The translations under genes and the position numbers were made by a program. A stretch of DNA of 64,000 bases from Candidatus Marinacidobacterales bacterium (GTDB lineage Bacteria; Acidobacteriota; Vicinamibacteria; Marinacidobacterales; SMYC01). Shown here piece after piece: positions 46,205-56,600 of this stretch (within the stretch, counting starts at the first letter, position 1; every line of letters starts with the position of its first letter). Under the pieces are notes generated by a model. It did no database searches. It was not told where the DNA came from and saw only the letters and a list, made by a program, of their open reading frames with translations. The stretch lies in the NCBI GenBank assembly GCA_965237955.1, contig OZ250169.1, positions 672,001 through 736,000 on the forward strand, written 5' to 3'.

Positions 46205-46390
46205 CGTCGTGTCCAAAAACACGAACGAACTCAAGACCTGCATCAGCCGGAGCGTTTCGGATAGACGCGTCTAGGCTCTGCTCGCCGATCGCCTCTCACC
46301 AGCCCGGCGCCTGCAGAAAGTTTTTGCGGACTTCAACAACGCCTCTAGGATTCGAGCTTCTCGGCGACGTTCAAGTTTTTGGACACGACG
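46205..46390. mobile_element. 186-bp MITE
   Basis: IRs CGTCGTGTCCAAAAAC / GTTTTTGGACACGACG. Confidence 0.8.
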
Positions 46391-46510
46391 GGATTGAAAC
46401 GTGACTGCGAGCTCGGCAGTAGACCGCCTCGCGGCAGTCTCCCCTCGCTTCGGCGGGGGGAGTGGATTGAAACGTCACATAAGGGGATTGCTGTACTAGC
46501 TGGACTACCG
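46391..46510 (+). CRISPR. CRISPR array remnant: partial repeat, 36-bp spacer, full 37-bp repeat, about 36-bp spacer
   Basis: GTCTCCCCTCGCTTCGGCGGGGGGAGTGGATTGAAAC (46437-46473) with internal hairpin and ATTGAAAC end; GGATTGAAAC at 46391-46400 is 73 bp upstream in register. Confidence 0.8.
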
Positions 46511-46780
46511 CGTCGTGTCCAAAAATGCGAACGGAGCCGAGATCTCGAATCCTGGAGGCGTTCTCGAAATTCGCGGAGACCAGGCGACGCGGTACTGGCT
46601 CTGCGATAGGTTGAGCCCGAGCAGAGCTTTCCCCCAGAGCATCCGTTCCGTCCAGCTTGCGCGCCCGAACTCCTATGACCGAGGATTTTAGCTTCCATTG
46701 GCGAACCAAGCCTAGGCACCTCTAATCCGAAACGTCCCGGCGCGCCGGTCTTGAGTTCGTTTGTGTTTTTGGACACGACG
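46511..46780. mobile_element. 270-bp MITE with the same IRs as 46205-46390
   Basis: CGTCGTGTCCAAAAA / TTTTTGGACACGACG; right part matches 60625-60679. Confidence 0.8.
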
Positions 46781-47098
46781 AGACTTACTCGTTCTTATTA
46801 AACTCGAACGCTACGAAAAGGAATCCTACCGTTGCAATAGTCAGTACACCCATACCGTCGCCGTAGATCGCATAACAAACGCATGCGATCTAGACTACTT
46901 CAAGGACCGCATCAATCATGTCCACAAAACGTGATGGAACTCAAATTTGGTGACGGATGGAGCAGGCAATCTATTCAAGAGCTACGCCAGTTAGTACCTC
47001 GTTGTATCTCAGTAATTCGGCGCTGCGCTCCGTTCAGGAGACGCTTTCCCAAGGCAGCCGCGAGAGCGAGGCAAGAGTACGAAAACGGAGAGGGGGTT

Positions 47099-47908
47099 AT
47101 GAAGACACGCTGGCCGACGGGTAGCGATGCCAGACCTGATGTGCTTGAGCAGCTGCATAGCAGCCTAACGGTGGACCTGATCATGACCCCTCGCGCCCGC
47201 TTGCAGGTCTGCCGGCGCGGCGATACAGCGAGTGCAGTCATGGCCAGGAACATAGACAATTTCAGCTTCCTGCCCGTGGTGGACGAGGCCGGGCGCTTCC
47301 TAGGCCTCTATCAGGCGGAGCGATGGTTCGGCAAGGAAGTGCCGCAACAGTTGATCGGCGATGATTTCGAACCGTTCTCCGAAGAGCTCGTGATCGGTGC
47401 CGACGCGAGCATCGTTGACTTCGTGACGAAGGCTGATCAACGCCCGACGCGGCTCGTCGTCTCGGGTGTTGGGGTCGCCGGTCTAGTCAGCCTGTCGGAC
47501 CTACAACAGCTTCCGGTCCGCGCCGCGCTCTTTACCGTGATCACCTGCTTCGAAATGGCAATGGCTAAACGGATCGAGAAAGAATGGCATCGTGACGACC
47601 CCACTGGCTGGCTCCAACTGCTAAGCGACGAGCGCCAGGCGGGCATTTCGAAGGTGATCAGCAGGGCCAAGCAGGAAGACGGGTTCGTCAGCGAGATCGT
47701 CTTCACCCACTTGTCGGACAAGGCCACCATCATATGCAAGAAGGGGCTAGTTCCCGGAAGTGCCTCACAACTGGAATGCAATTTCGACGCGATCCGTAAG
47801 CTACGCAATGACATCGCCCATGCAAATTACTATGCCGAGACGCCTAAAGCGGCTCGTAACGTCTGTGCGGTGGTCAGGACAATTCTCCAGATCTTGGCCG
47901 ATTTGTGA
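47099..47908 (+). CDS. CBS-domain protein with C-terminal HEPN-like motif
   Basis: LTVDLIMTP...FSFLPVVDEAGRFLGL...VAGLVSLSDL (CBS pair); LRNDIAH (RxxxxH). Confidence 0.75.
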   Translation: MKTRWPTGSDARPDVLEQLHSSLTVDLIMTPRARLQVCRRGDTASAVMARNIDNFSFLPVVDEAGRFLGLYQAERWFGKEVPQQLIGDDFEPFSEELVIGADASIVDFVTKADQRPTRLVVSGVGVAGLVSLSDLQQLPVRAALFTVITCFEMAMAKRIEKEWHRDDPTGWLQLLSDERQAGISKVISRAKQEDGFVSEIVFTHLSDKATIICKKGLVPGSASQLECNFDAIRKLRNDIAHANYYAETPKAARNVCAVVRTILQILADL

Positions 47909-47914
47909 GAATCC

Positions 47915-48454
47915 ATGAGTAAATCCCTCAAGGAACGCGTCTTCGAAACCGTGCTCAGTCGGTACGACCGTCGAGTTATGAACAATATTCACCGCGCCGA
48001 GTACGTCGAGTGCCTCGTGGCAAACCTCCTCGGGAACGCGTGGACCCTCCCCTGGACCGAAGGATGGGACTGGGCTCCGTGGGACCTTCGGCACGACTCC
48101 GGCAAGACCCTTGAGATCAAGCAGTCGGCGGCGCGTCAATCCTGGCACAGGGAGGAGAATGTTCGCGCAAAACCTCCGAGGTTCGACATTGCGCCGCGGA
48201 AGGGGTACTGGACGACCGAAAGCGACTGGGTCGACGAGCCGGGAAGAGCCGCCGACATCCACGTCTTCGCCTGGCATCCAGAGACCGACAAGAAGCTCGT
48301 CGACCAGCGGAATCAGGATCAGTGGACCTTCTACGTCTTGCGAACTAAGGAACTCCCGCCACAGCAGAAGAGCATCGGCCTTGCCGGCGTCGAAGCCCTC
48401 ACCCTCTTGGTCCGAGCCGAGTCACTCGCTGACGCTGTTCTGCGACTGACGTAG
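47915..48454 (+). CDS. Putative PD-(D/E)XK nuclease-fold protein
   Basis: AEYVE...WDLRHDSGKTLEIKQSA; 6 bp after CBS-HEPN. Confidence 0.6.
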   Translation: MSKSLKERVFETVLSRYDRRVMNNIHRAEYVECLVANLLGNAWTLPWTEGWDWAPWDLRHDSGKTLEIKQSAARQSWHREENVRAKPPRFDIAPRKGYWTTESDWVDEPGRAADIHVFAWHPETDKKLVDQRNQDQWTFYVLRTKELPPQQKSIGLAGVEALTLLVRAESLADAVLRLT

Positions 48455-48503
48455 GCCGAGTTAAAGCGCACCGTCGCGGCGCCACCGCGAAACCGACCTG
48501 ACC

Positions 48504-48558
48504 CCGTCCTGTGCCAAAACTCGGCCCTTTTGAAATAGACCACAAATCAGCGGCTTAG
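48504..48558 (-). repeat. Dispersed terminal repeat, copy L
   Basis: CCGTCCTGTGCCAAAACTCGGCCCTTTTGAAATAGACCACAAATCAGCGGCTTAG. Confidence 0.93.
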
Positions 48559-48814
48559 ACGCCCTTGGAATCCGCGCAGAATCGAGGGTATTTCACGCCG
48601 CAGGGCTGGCTTCCGACCCCTGGGCTGCGGGTGGCGAGCGACAGGCCCACCGGGGGTGCGCACGGGCTAGGCCAGCTACGCCGCGGTAGCCCCGAGCTCG
48701 ATTCTGGGGCCTCCCGGATGGCTTCTTTTCCGACGCTGCACGGCCCTGTCAGCGGCCCGCTCCCCCCTTTGGCGCGAACGTGGCACTCGAAAATCGAGAT
48801 TAGAGACGAAAACC

Positions 48815-49017
48815 GGTGCTTCCGCAATCAAGTGTTGGTGGCCGCCGCGTAACCCGGTCTCGTGCTAGAGGTTGAGCCTGATTTCGAGAGACGCAGTTCT
48901 TTCGGCGATGCCGGCTGCGCTGACCACGTGGTGCCTGACATTCAGGGACATCTTCGTGTGCACGCCGACATCCTTATTTATGGCGTTCGCCGACACGGGC
49001 AGGCCAACTGACACTAG
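48815..49017. repeat. Second copy of the about 205-bp repeat
   Basis: Aligns with 32978-33182. Confidence 0.85.
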
Positions 49018-49142
49018 TCCCCTGGATCTTTGATTACTATACAAAGTTAGGCTTTTCGCCAGCCCATAAGATTCATAAGATTCATGCACTTAGAAGGGTT
49101 TCGGCAAGCTATGCTTTATCTAGTTTGTTCTGATACAGGGGA
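49018..49142. mobile_element. 125-bp AT-rich MITE flanked by CTAG
   Basis: CTAG-TCCCCTG...CAGGGGA-CTAG; inverted near-identical copy at 51308-51432. Confidence 0.9.
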
Positions 49143-49205
49143 CTAGCGTACCAATCACTCTGAAGTTAACTTCTCGCTCGCGACGCGTGGGCTTATACTC
49201 GCCAC

Positions 49206-49553
49206 ATGGATATGTGGGATCAACAAGATGGTGAGAGTGCGAAGGCGTGGGCGGCGTTCATCGTCTATCGTAGTATGGGCCCGAGCCGTACGTTGCGGGC
49301 GGCTGCTGCGGCTGCTGCGGAGCTTTCACCTAGCCTGAACACTTGGAAGGGCTGGGCGAATCGTGGGGCTTGGCGTGCCCGGGCAGCGGCATGGGATGCG
49401 GCGTCGGACCGCCAGGGGATGGAGGACCACACGGTGGACGATCGACCGCAGCGGAAGCAGGACTGGGGCCAGGTGCTGGACCGAGCCCGCGCGGACTCGC
49501 GAACGCGCCCCAGTGTCAGCCGCTACCGAGTACGACGCGGCCTTCCGGAATGA
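49206..49553 (+). CDS. Phage terminase small-subunit-like HTH protein (possibly truncated)
   Basis: WDQQDGESAKAWAAFIVYRSMGPSRTL...W...WRARAAAWD. Confidence 0.5.
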   Translation: MDMWDQQDGESAKAWAAFIVYRSMGPSRTLRAAAAAAAELSPSLNTWKGWANRGAWRARAAAWDAASDRQGMEDHTVDDRPQRKQDWGQVLDRARADSRTRPSVSRYRVRRGLPE

Positions 49554-49735
49554 CGCGGGCGGCTACTTTCTGCCTGCCGACGCCAGCTCTCCTGCATTTG
49601 GTCGTAAACGTTCCCGCGCGGTTTCAAAGATAATCCGTTGTGTCCGAAACTTCCGCGCCAGATTATCCAAAGTCGATGGCCTCGATCTTCGTCACGTCCA
49701 GCTTGCCCTCGACGATTGGGGCACGCTTCGCGATC

Positions 49736-49778
49736 TTTATGGTCTATTTCAACAGGGCCGCGTTTTGGCACAGGACGG
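49736..49778 (+). repeat. Dispersed terminal repeat, copy M
   Basis: TTTATGGTCTATTTCAACAGGGCCGCGTTTTGGCACAGGACGG. Confidence 0.9.
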
Positions 49779-49953
49779 GAGCGGGTGCTGACCGGGCCGT
49801 GCGACGGCGGGAAGAGAGGCCGCCCCGAGAGGTCCAGAATCGAGGCCAGAGCTACCGCCGGAAGCTCTTTCCCCGTGATTTACTTTATGGTCTGCTTTCT
49901 TGCCTAGCTGCTCGGATCTGCTACCCTTCAATCACTCGGTAATACTCGCCTCC

Positions 49954-51879
49954 ATGAACAACGCTGACGACAAGCCCAAGGTTGGTCGGGATTGGATCGC
50001 CTTCGTTGTCGCGTGGATCCCCTACTCGTTGTTGACCTATAGATTCTGGCACAACGTCGATGACGCCTTCATCAGTTTCCGTTACGCAAAGAACTGGGCG
50101 ATGGGGTACGGACCTCGTTACAACCTGGGGCTGCAGCAACCGGAAGAAGGATACAGCAACTTCCTGTGGGTAGTCGTTTGTACGTTTATCGAGTACCTGG
50201 AACTCGACATTACTTTCTGGGCACCGATGCTCGGTTTCGTCTGTGGTTCTTTGCTCTTGTACCTTGTTTTTCGAACGCTCCGGCGAGATTTCGACATGGG
50301 GCTTGGTGTAGCTTTCTCCATAACGCTGGGCCTGGGCCTTTTCCCACCTTACGCTTTGTGGTCGACGGGTGGTCTGGGCACCATGGCGTTCGCCCTTTCC
50401 ATCTTTGCGACGGCCTACTTTCTTGTTCTGCGTCCGGCTGGCATCGCGCCTTACCGCGGTGCGCTCGCCGGCGTAGCCACGACATTGTTGCGTACCGAAG
50501 GCATTGCCTGGTCTTTGCTCATTGCCCTGCTGGGCATCGTCACCCGACGGCTGAGAGGGGAAGCGGTCTGGCGACCGGTGGCCGTCTATGTCGCGATCGT
50601 GGGCACTGCTTTTTCAGTCTATTTTGCATGGCGATACTCCTATTACCAGCTCCTTTTTCCCAATCCGGTCTACGCCAAGGTTGGTTTCAGTCCCGAGGTC
50701 GCACTGCGAGGCTTCCGATACGTGGCTGCCTTCGTTCTCACATTTGTGACACCGCTTCTATTGTTGCCGGCGGCTGGCTACGTGGCTTGGCGGGAAGCAC
50801 CGAAGCCGGTAGGGCTTGTCCTCGGAACCTTGAGCCTGGCATTTCCCGCCTACGCTGTGATGGTCGGCGGGGATTGGATGGCTATGGGACGGTTTCTAGT
50901 TCCCGGTTTCGCCTTCGGAGCACTCTTGATGGGATGGTTGATGACTAGGCTGTGGGAACACCTCTCATCCATGGTCGAGACGGCAACAGTAGCTAGGCTC
51001 GTCAAGCACCTTGTGTTCGTCGTGCTTGTCGGCTCCACAATCGCGGTCGGTCTGCTTCCCGCTTGGAATGTGCATCTCGTGCCCGACTCAGTGCGCCACG
51101 CCTTTCATTTTCGGTATGATTGGGAGTATAAGGCAACCGAGTTTGAGCTATGGAGAGAGTTTCGTTTTCGATCGGTGAACCAAGTGGACAAAGAAGTAGC
51201 TCTAGCACTCAGGACGCATCTAGAACCGGAAGACAGCATCGTTGCGGGCGCTATCGGGAGACTAGGTTACTACTCAGGTTTGGAAATCTATGATCGCGTT
51301 GGGCTAGTCCCCTGTATCAGAACAAATTAGATAAAGCAGAGCTTGCCGAAACCCTTCTAAGTGCATGAATCTTATGAATCTTATGGGCTGGCGAAAAGCC
51401 TAACTTTGTATAGTAATCAAAGATCCAGGGGACTAGTCGATCGTCGTGTCGCCCTGCTCCCACGCAATCCAAGTAAACTCCGCTCTCCGGGACATGACAG
51501 CCAGGTCGAGCGTGCCTCCCCAATCTTTCTAGAGGACGTGCCAACGGTTTTGGATTACCGACGAATAACGGGACCAGCACCGGACCAAAAGAACCCAGAG
51601 TATCCATTATCGCGGCGCATTCGATTGAGAACTGAGGGTTGGAGGCGATGGGGGCCGGTTCCGATCTGGCGACGCTATGCGCCTGAGATTCTACCGTTGA
51701 AGCCGTCGCCCGACGGTAGCCCTAACGTGCTTTTGATCTTTAAGTTGATTGAAGAAGCTCCGCATATCAGCACACTTCCCCCTCCCGAACGCGTCGCCAC
51801 GCGCAAGAAGCGCGCCAGAAGAGCGTGGAATGACTTTTACACTCGCTTGGATTCTGCTTTTGATCGACTGATTTTTTAG
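49954..51879 (+). pseudogene. GT-C-fold membrane glycosyltransferase-like gene interrupted by a MITE
   Basis: DDAFISFRYAKN, EGYSNFLW, GGDWM..GRF; frame reads IYDRVGLV|DRRVA across the MITE. Confidence 0.8.
51308..51432. mobile_element. 125-bp MITE with CTAG duplication
   Basis: CTAG at 51304-51307 and 51433-51436. Confidence 0.92.
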
Positions 51880-51899
51880 GAAAATCGACGATCTTCGGC

Positions 51900-53245
51900 T
51901 GTGCATCATCAATATCCGTCCGCTCCTGAAATCAAGGACTTACGCACCGTTCACGCCTCGGCCAACGAGCGCATCTCCCGCTTGAGATCCCGGTCTTGAG
52001 ACGGCAAACTCTGCCGCCATGCTCCGTGTCCTCATCTTCCTCGTCTCACTCGGCGCCCGTGCGATCCGGGCGATGTGTCGGCGCCGAGCCGACCTCGTGA
52101 TTGAAAACCTGGCCCTGCGGCAGCAAGTTACGGCGTTGAAGAAGGAGCGCCCCCGGCCACCGCTCGAGGACACGGACCGAGCATTCTGGGTTGCGCTCCG
52201 AAGCTCGTGGCCAGCGTGGGCGAGCCGGCTCGTTATCGTGAACGCCGACACGCTCGCCCGGTGGAATCGAGATCGGTTCCGCCGATACTGGGCTCGGATC
52301 TCCCGTCCGCGCTATCCAGGTCGACCTCGGATTGATGCCGAGATTCGTCGTCTCGTCCGCACGATGGCCCAAGACGGCTGGGGTGCACCTCGTATCCACG
52401 CTGAGCTGACGAAGCTCGGATTCGTTGTCAGCGAGATGACGGTGTCGCGATACATGCCGCACCGCCGAGCCGAACCCGACGAAGTGAAGCGATGGATTGC
52501 GTTCTTGCGGAACCACAAGGACGACATCGCCGCGATGGATCTGTTCGCCGTACCGACGGCGTCGCTACGGCTGCTGTACGGCTTCTTCGTCATCGAGCAC
52601 GGCCGTCGCCATATCTTGCACTTCAACGCGACGTACAACCCCACGTCAGCGTGGGTGATTCAACAACTGCGCGAGGCGTTCCCATACGACACGGCACCAC
52701 GATACTTGGTCTTTGACCGCGACGCGATTTTCAGCCCTGCAGTGGTGGAGTTCATCAGGGCCATGGGCACAAAGCCTGTTCGCATTTCTTATCGCAGCCC
52801 TTGGCAAAACGGTACCGCCGAACGCTGGATCGGAAACTGCCGCCGCGAGATGTTAGAGCATGTAGTTGTCCTCAGTGAGCGGCATCTCGTCCGGCTCATG
52901 CGCTTGTACATCAGCTACTACCACGAGGACCGTTGCCACTTGGGTCTCGACAAAGACACCCCGAACTCAAGACCCGTCACGCCCCGACCATCACCGACCG
53001 CAAAAGTCGTCGCGTTGCCGCGAGTGGGTGGGCTCCACCACCGCTACGAATGGCGCGACGCCGCCTGAGCCAGTTTAGTCGCTGCGCGTCGATTGCTGGG
53101 GTCCCTCGCGATTGCGTTGTCCAGCTCCGCGGCCCATTGATCGCGTGATCTCGGCAAGTGCCCGCGCGCGCCGACCCGGGTTTCTTCGTTCGTCGTAGGG
53201 CCACCAGCGGTACCATTCCCGCTGGATCAATAATGATGAAGGACA
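51900..53245 (+). mobile_element. Complete 1346-bp rve/IS481-like IS; transposase 52019..53068
   Basis: Near-identical to the other copies, opposite orientation. Confidence 0.92.
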
Positions 53246-53489
53246 GGCCCGGTTTCCTCCTCCTGGGCCGGGGCGCGTCCCAGTTCACAAGCTTGCCGTC
53301 GGTGAGCGAGAGCCAGACGGTCAGGCTCCCGCGGTCGCGTAGACCCGCCTCATATTCACGCCAATTCCTCAAGCGATAGGCCTTCTTCGCATACTTCCGC
53401 TGAGTGCGTTTGAAAATGGTCATGGGGAACCTCGAATCCGCGAGTATAGGACAATTGTGGACCGAGATCGCGAGTTGTGCACCAAGGCA
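53246..53489 (-). mobile_element. IS5 (IS903 group) left-end fragment
   Basis: Matches about 59695-59938; NWREYEAGLRDRGSL. Confidence 0.88.
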
Positions 53490-53611
53490 ACGAAATCCCA
53501 CCGCTCGTCTGAGGCTGCCGGCCCTGCGAGGGGTCGCATGAGAATGACTCATGGGCTGGCCTGGAAAAGGTCGTTTGCAGGTACCCGGCCCCGGGGTTAT
53601 CGTGCGCCACG

Positions 53612-56600
53612 ATGTTTCTCGACAGTCGACTCTGGCGGTTCACCGAAGGGCTGCGCTGGCGCATTGCCGGCGCCGTATGCGTGGGCCTGCTGGCCGCCCT
53701 GGTGGGCATCGGCCGGCTGGCTTTGCTCGGCTGGCTCCTGGCCCAGGTGTTCGCCGGGGCGCCAGCGGAGTCGCTGATCCTGCCGGTGGCGCTGGTGGCA
53801 GTGGTCATGGGGCTTCGGGGCGTCCTCGAGTATTGGCGCAACATGATCGCCCACCGCACAGCGGCGCGCGTGCAGCTCGCTTTGCGCGAGCGCCTGTTCG
53901 ACAAGATCGTCGAGCTGGGTCCCGCCCATTTCGGCTTCGAGCGCACCGGCGACGTGCTGCTTGCCATGGTCGACGGGGTCGAGCAACTCGAAACCTACTT
54001 CGGCCAGTACTTGCCGCAGCTATTCGTCGCGGCGCTGACGCCGGTGATCGTCTTTGCGCTGATTGCGACCCTGGATCTCCCCGTGGCCCTGGTGATGTTC
54101 GGCTTCGCCCTGGTCACGCTCATCGCGCCGTCGGTCTTCCAGAAGTGGGACAGCAGCAACAGCCTGCGGCGCCAGAAGGCCTATGCGGCGTTCGCGGCAG
54201 AGTTTCTGGACGCAATTCAGGGCTTCGCCACCCTCAAGGCCTTCGGCCAGAGTGCCGCCCGCGCGAGGCTCCTGGCCCACAAGGCGCACGAGCTTTTTCG
54301 TGCCACCATGTGGGTGCTCGCCACCAATTCGCTTTCCCGTGGCATCGTCGATACGGGCCTCGCCGTGGGGGCGGCAGCGACCCTCGGCTACGGTGCCTAC
54401 CGCGTGAGCGCTGGAAGCACGAGCCTGGAGGTGCTGCTCATCGTCCTCATGATGGGAATCGAAGTTTACAGACCCCAGCGCGATCTGCGCGCACTGCTGC
54501 ACCAGGGCATGGTCGGATTGTCCTCGGCCAAGGGAATATTCGCGGTGCTGGATGCAAAGCCCGCGATTACTCCGCGCGACGACATCGTGGCGGCGGAGGA
54601 AGCCCTGGTGCCCACGGTCAGCTTCGATCACGTGAGCTTCGCTTACCCGGGTGGGCGGCGACAGGCCCACCAGGATCTGAGCTTCCACCTGGCCGCCGGG
54701 GAGCGCGTAGGAGTCGTGGGCGCGAGTGGTTCCGGCAAGTCGAGCATCGTGCGTCTTCTATCGCGCTTCTACGACCCGCAGAAGGGCACCGTGCGCATCG
54801 GCGGGCGCGATTTGCGGAATCTTCACCCGCGCGACATTCATCGCAACATCGCTGTCGTCAATCAGGATAATTATCTGTTCCACGGCAGCGTCGAAGAAAA
54901 TCTGCGATTCGGCAGACCCGACGCGAGCCAGGAAGAGCTGGAAGCGGCTGCGCGCGCCGCCAACGCCCACGGCTTCATCAGTCAGCTCCCCCAGGGCTAT
55001 CGGACTATCGTCGGCGAGCGTGGCATTCGGTTGTCCGGCGGGCAACGCCAGCGCGTCGCCATCGCCAGGGCGTTGTTGCGCGACGCGCCGATACTCGTTC
55101 TCGACGAGGCGCTCTCCGCCGTGGATGCGGAGAACGAGGCGATCATCCAGGAGGCCCTGGATCGGCTCATGCAGGGCCGCACGACGCTCATCTTCGCCCA
55201 TCGCCTGTCGAGCGTCATCGGTGCCGACAGGCTGCTGGTACTGGAGCAGGGGCGGCTTGTGGAGACTGGCAGCCACGCGAGTCTCATGAAAGCGGGCGGT
55301 GTTTATCACTCGCTGATGGCGGCCCAGGCCGCAGAGAGCGCCCGTGCCTACACCACGCTCGCCCTCGGCAGGCCGGCCGAGGATCGCGCGCCCGCCGCAC
55401 AAAGTGTCGACGAGGCGGAGAATGCGCACCTGGAGCCGACGGACGCCATCCTGCGTGCCGAGGGCATGGGTTGGCTTGACGCGTTCCGCGAGCTGTTTCG
55501 TCACGTGCAGCCATGGAAGGGCAAGCTGACAGTGGTGTTCTTTTTCGGTGTTACTCGCGTATTTGCATTGATCGGCGTCGGCGTCGTGAGCGCGCTGGTG
55601 GTGGCCGCGGTCAAAAACGACGCACCCTTCGATCATTACCTGGTAGTTCTTGCCGTGATAGCCCCATTCGCGGGCATTCTTCACTGGACGGAGTCCTGGC
55701 TCGCCCATGACATGGCTTTTCGCATGCTGGCGGAAATGCGCATCGCCCTGTTCGAGAAGCTCGACAAGCTGGCGCCGGCCTACCTGCTGCGGCGCCGCAC
55801 TGGCGACCTGGTCGCGATGGCGACCCATGACGTGGAGCTGGTGGAATACTTTTTTGCGCACACGGTGGCGCCGGCGCTGGTTGCGGTCCTCGTTCCCGCG
55901 CTCGTATTCGCAACACTGTCGTACTTCGGTTGGCCGATGGCGATCGCGCTGCTGCCGTTTGTGTTCATCGTCGCCCTGAGCCCCTTTTTCATGCGCGCCC
56001 GCATCGATACCCTGGGTTCCCGGGCCCGGGAGGCGCTCGCGGATCTCAATGCCCATGTGGTGGACACCATCCAGGGTCTCAACGAGATCATCGCCTTCGA
56101 GTACGTCGCGCGGCGCAAGGCCGAGATGGTTGCGCGTACCAATCGCAACCTGAGCCTGCGCGTACCGTTCTTCAGAGATCTCACCGTCCAGATGGCACTG
56201 CTGGAAGTGGCCACCGGCCTCGGTGGTCTCGCCATCGTCGTCACCGGCGCCCGGCTGGTGGCGGCCGGAGAGCTCGCCGCGGGCACGCTGCCGCTGCTCA
56301 CGTTGCTCGCCATGGCGGCATTCCTGCCGGTTTCCGAAATCGCCCACATCGGCCGTCAACTGGCCGATACCCTTGGTGCGACCCGCAGGCTGTACGCCGT
56401 GCACAACGAAAAGGTCGCGGTCGCCGACGGGCTCGGTGTAGCGCTTCCCGTCGTGCGCGGAGGCGCCTCTCTGGATTTCTCAGACGTGGATTTCTCGTAC
56501 TTCTCCAACCGTCGTCTGGCGCTCGAGGACGCGAGCTTTTCCGCGCCGGCGGGCAGCACGGTGGCACTCGTGGGATCTTCCGGCGCCGGTAAAACCACCG

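Noticed and set aside
53551-56404. 439-aa and 548-aa ORFs overlapping the ABC transporter
   Set aside because: GC-rich alternate-frame shadows without motifs.
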